This document shows positions 5,226 through 6,336 of a DNA stretch of 6,336 nucleotides, one piece after another. Source of the stretch: a virus; the IMG/VR virus record IMGVR_UViG_3300045988_034117, positions 1-6,336 of that record, one strand, 5' to 3'. The notes below the pieces were generated by a model. The model had not been told where the DNA came from. It was given only the letters and a program-made list of their open reading frames with translations, and did not search any database. The first letter of the stretch is position 1, and each line of letters opens with the position of its first letter. The position numbers and the translations under genes were made by a program.

Positions 5226-6336
5226 TGGCTAACGTATTTAACAAAATTGGTGACGTCAAAAATGATGTCAAGCGTAATAGTTTTGACTGGTCGCATGATA
5301 ACAATTTTACCACAGATTTAGGTCGTATCACCCCCGTTTTTACGGAGTTGGTGCCTCCTAATAGTTCTATCCGTATTAAGCCCGAGTTTGGTCTTAGGTT
5401 CATGCCAATGATGTTCCCAATCCAAACTAGAATGAAAGCTTATTTGTCTTTTTTTAAGGTTCCTTTGCGTACTCTTTGGAAGGACTATATGGATTTTATC
5501 AGTAGCGAAAACACAGAGGAATTTGTGCCTCCTTATATGAATTTTAGGGCGTCTGATATTCAGGAAGGTGGTGCGTTAAAACCCTCTGGTCTTGGTGATT
5601 ACTTTGGTATTCCTTCTCTTGAAATGACTTTTGGTTATTTGCCTCAAGGTAGTATTTCTTCTGTTCAGGATGCTCCTTCATCAATGGCAACTCCTGAATC
5701 AAATATGAGTGTTGAGTTTAATGCTGGTTTGCAGGAGAATTACTATAAAGGTGGTAATCTTACTTTGAAATTAAGTCAATATCATATTTCCAAGTTGGAG
5801 CCCGCTTATTCTTCTGACGGTGCTTGTGTTGCGTTTCCTGTTCCTTTGCCTAGTTCTCGCGGTCATTGGCGTTATCAGTCTTTAGGCTCTTTCAATCTTT
5901 CTTATACCGGCGATTCTCACGCAGAGCCTTTTGTTGCTGTTATGCGAGGCGTTGCTAGAATTGGTCTTGCCAATCCTTCGGTTTCTTCCTTTGATCCTAT
6001 GGCGTATCTTAAAAAATGTCATACTGCCCGTATTATTTATTCTACATCTCCTACTCCCGTTGAAGATGAGGGTAATGAGCAACCTTTTACTTCTATTGGT
6101 ATTGATTCCTTCAACAATCCTTATTCTGTTGATGAAGCCTCTCAAACTATGACGGTTACTTTTGAGGTTAGGGTCACTTTTTCTAATTCTTCTAATAAGC
6201 CTCGGCTCTCTTTTGGTTTTGTTTGTCCTCCCGTTTCACCGCTTGTTAAAGCTGATCGTTCTACCTTGCTTAAGCTCGTAAATTTTTCTCTTGATTTCGT
6301 TCGCTTCTTGCCTGCTACTTCTGATACTCCTATATC
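5225..6336 (+). CDS. VP1: Major capsid protein (VP1 / F-like), N-terminal part. It runs off the window end and wraps to 1..1298. The joined product is 784 aa.
   Basis: ATG at 5225 overlaps the upstream TAA (TAATG). I translated 5225-6336 by hand and found no stop. The N-terminus MANVFNKIGDVKNDVKRNSFDWSHDNNFTTDLGRITPVF...FFKVPLRTLW matches the usual microvirus capsid N-terminal pattern (R-x-x-F-D-x-S-H, then FFxVPxRxLW). An in-frame TAA at 5219-5221 rules out a longer N-terminus. Confidence 0.9.
   Translation, partial: MANVFNKIGDVKNDVKRNSFDWSHDNNFTTDLGRITPVFTELVPPNSSIRIKPEFGLRFMPMMFPIQTRMKAYLSFFKVPLRTLWKDYMDFISSENTEEFVPPYMNFRASDIQEGGALKPSGLGDYFGIPSLEMTFGYLPQGSISSVQDAPSSMATPESNMSVEFNAGLQENYYKGGNLTLKLSQYHISKLEPAYSSDGACVAFPVPLPSSRGHWRYQSLGSFNLSYTGDSHAEPFVAVMRGVARIGLANPSVSSFDPMAYLKKCHTARIIYSTSPTPVEDEGNEQPFTSIGIDSFNNPYSVDEASQTMTVTFEVRVTFSNSSNKPRLSFGFVCPPVSPLVKADRSTLLKLVNFSLDFVRFLPATSDTPI
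6282..6336. repeat. Terminal overlap copy 2 (identical to 1-55)
   Basis: Exact 55-nt identity. The length is typical of a k=55 de Bruijn assembly overlap on a circular contig. Confidence 0.97.

Noticed and set aside
771-6145. Minus-strand ORFs: 771-1085, 1379-1642, 2121-2588, 2266-2769, 4013-4198, 4738-5004, 4938-5213, 5218-5403, 5882-6145.
   Set aside because: They are antisense shadows of + strand genes, with Arg/Lys/Asn/Ile-rich low-complexity translations. Known microviruses transcribe one strand only, and none shows a recognisable motif.
10-6152. Many Leu/Val/Phe-rich, membrane-like + strand ORFs nested inside the large genes: 10-210, 436-708, 796-1152, 1482-1670, 1715-1954, 1991-2242, 2327-2542, 3298-3498, 3867-4271, 4572-4796, 5931-6152. 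They could be taken for phiX174 E-like embedded lysis genes.
   Set aside because: Every one lies in the frame that starts at codon position 2 of the host gene. Because the real genes are strongly NNT-biased, that frame has T at its second codon position and so automatically encodes hydrophobic residues. This is a compositional shadow and gives no independent evidence of coding.

Overview
The window is one complete, circularly permuted genome of a small ssDNA phage of the family Microviridae. It is not phiX-like. It resembles the gokushovirus/alpavirus-type lineages known from gut metagenomes and Bacteroidota proviruses. Bases 1-55 recur exactly at 6282-6336, so the unit length is 6281 nt. The major capsid gene reads in frame across that junction (5225..6336 joined to 1..1298, 784 aa). 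All supportable genes are on the + strand and share a strong NNT codon bias. In order they are VP1 major capsid, a 101-aa ORFan, the VP2/H-like DNA pilot protein, a 76-aa ORFan, the VP4 HUH rolling-circle Rep, and a small predicted membrane protein that fills the VP4-VP1 gap. None of the starts has a Shine-Dalgarno sequence, which fits a Bacteroidota-type host (inference). The most unusual part is a roughly 415-nt non-coding region (2839-3254), large for so compact a genome. Its first ~270 nt break the genome-wide T-richness. It contains degenerate GAGCGA repeats, a 66-nt nested hairpin, direct repeats flanking a CGCGCGC core, a cluster of YTGAYA motifs including a CTTGATA core resembling the phiX174 nick site, and a strong 31-nt hairpin. 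I read this region as the candidate replication-origin, regulatory or integration module, or a structured RNA, but its function cannot be decided from sequence alone. I found no tRNA, rRNA, CRISPR array or transposase.
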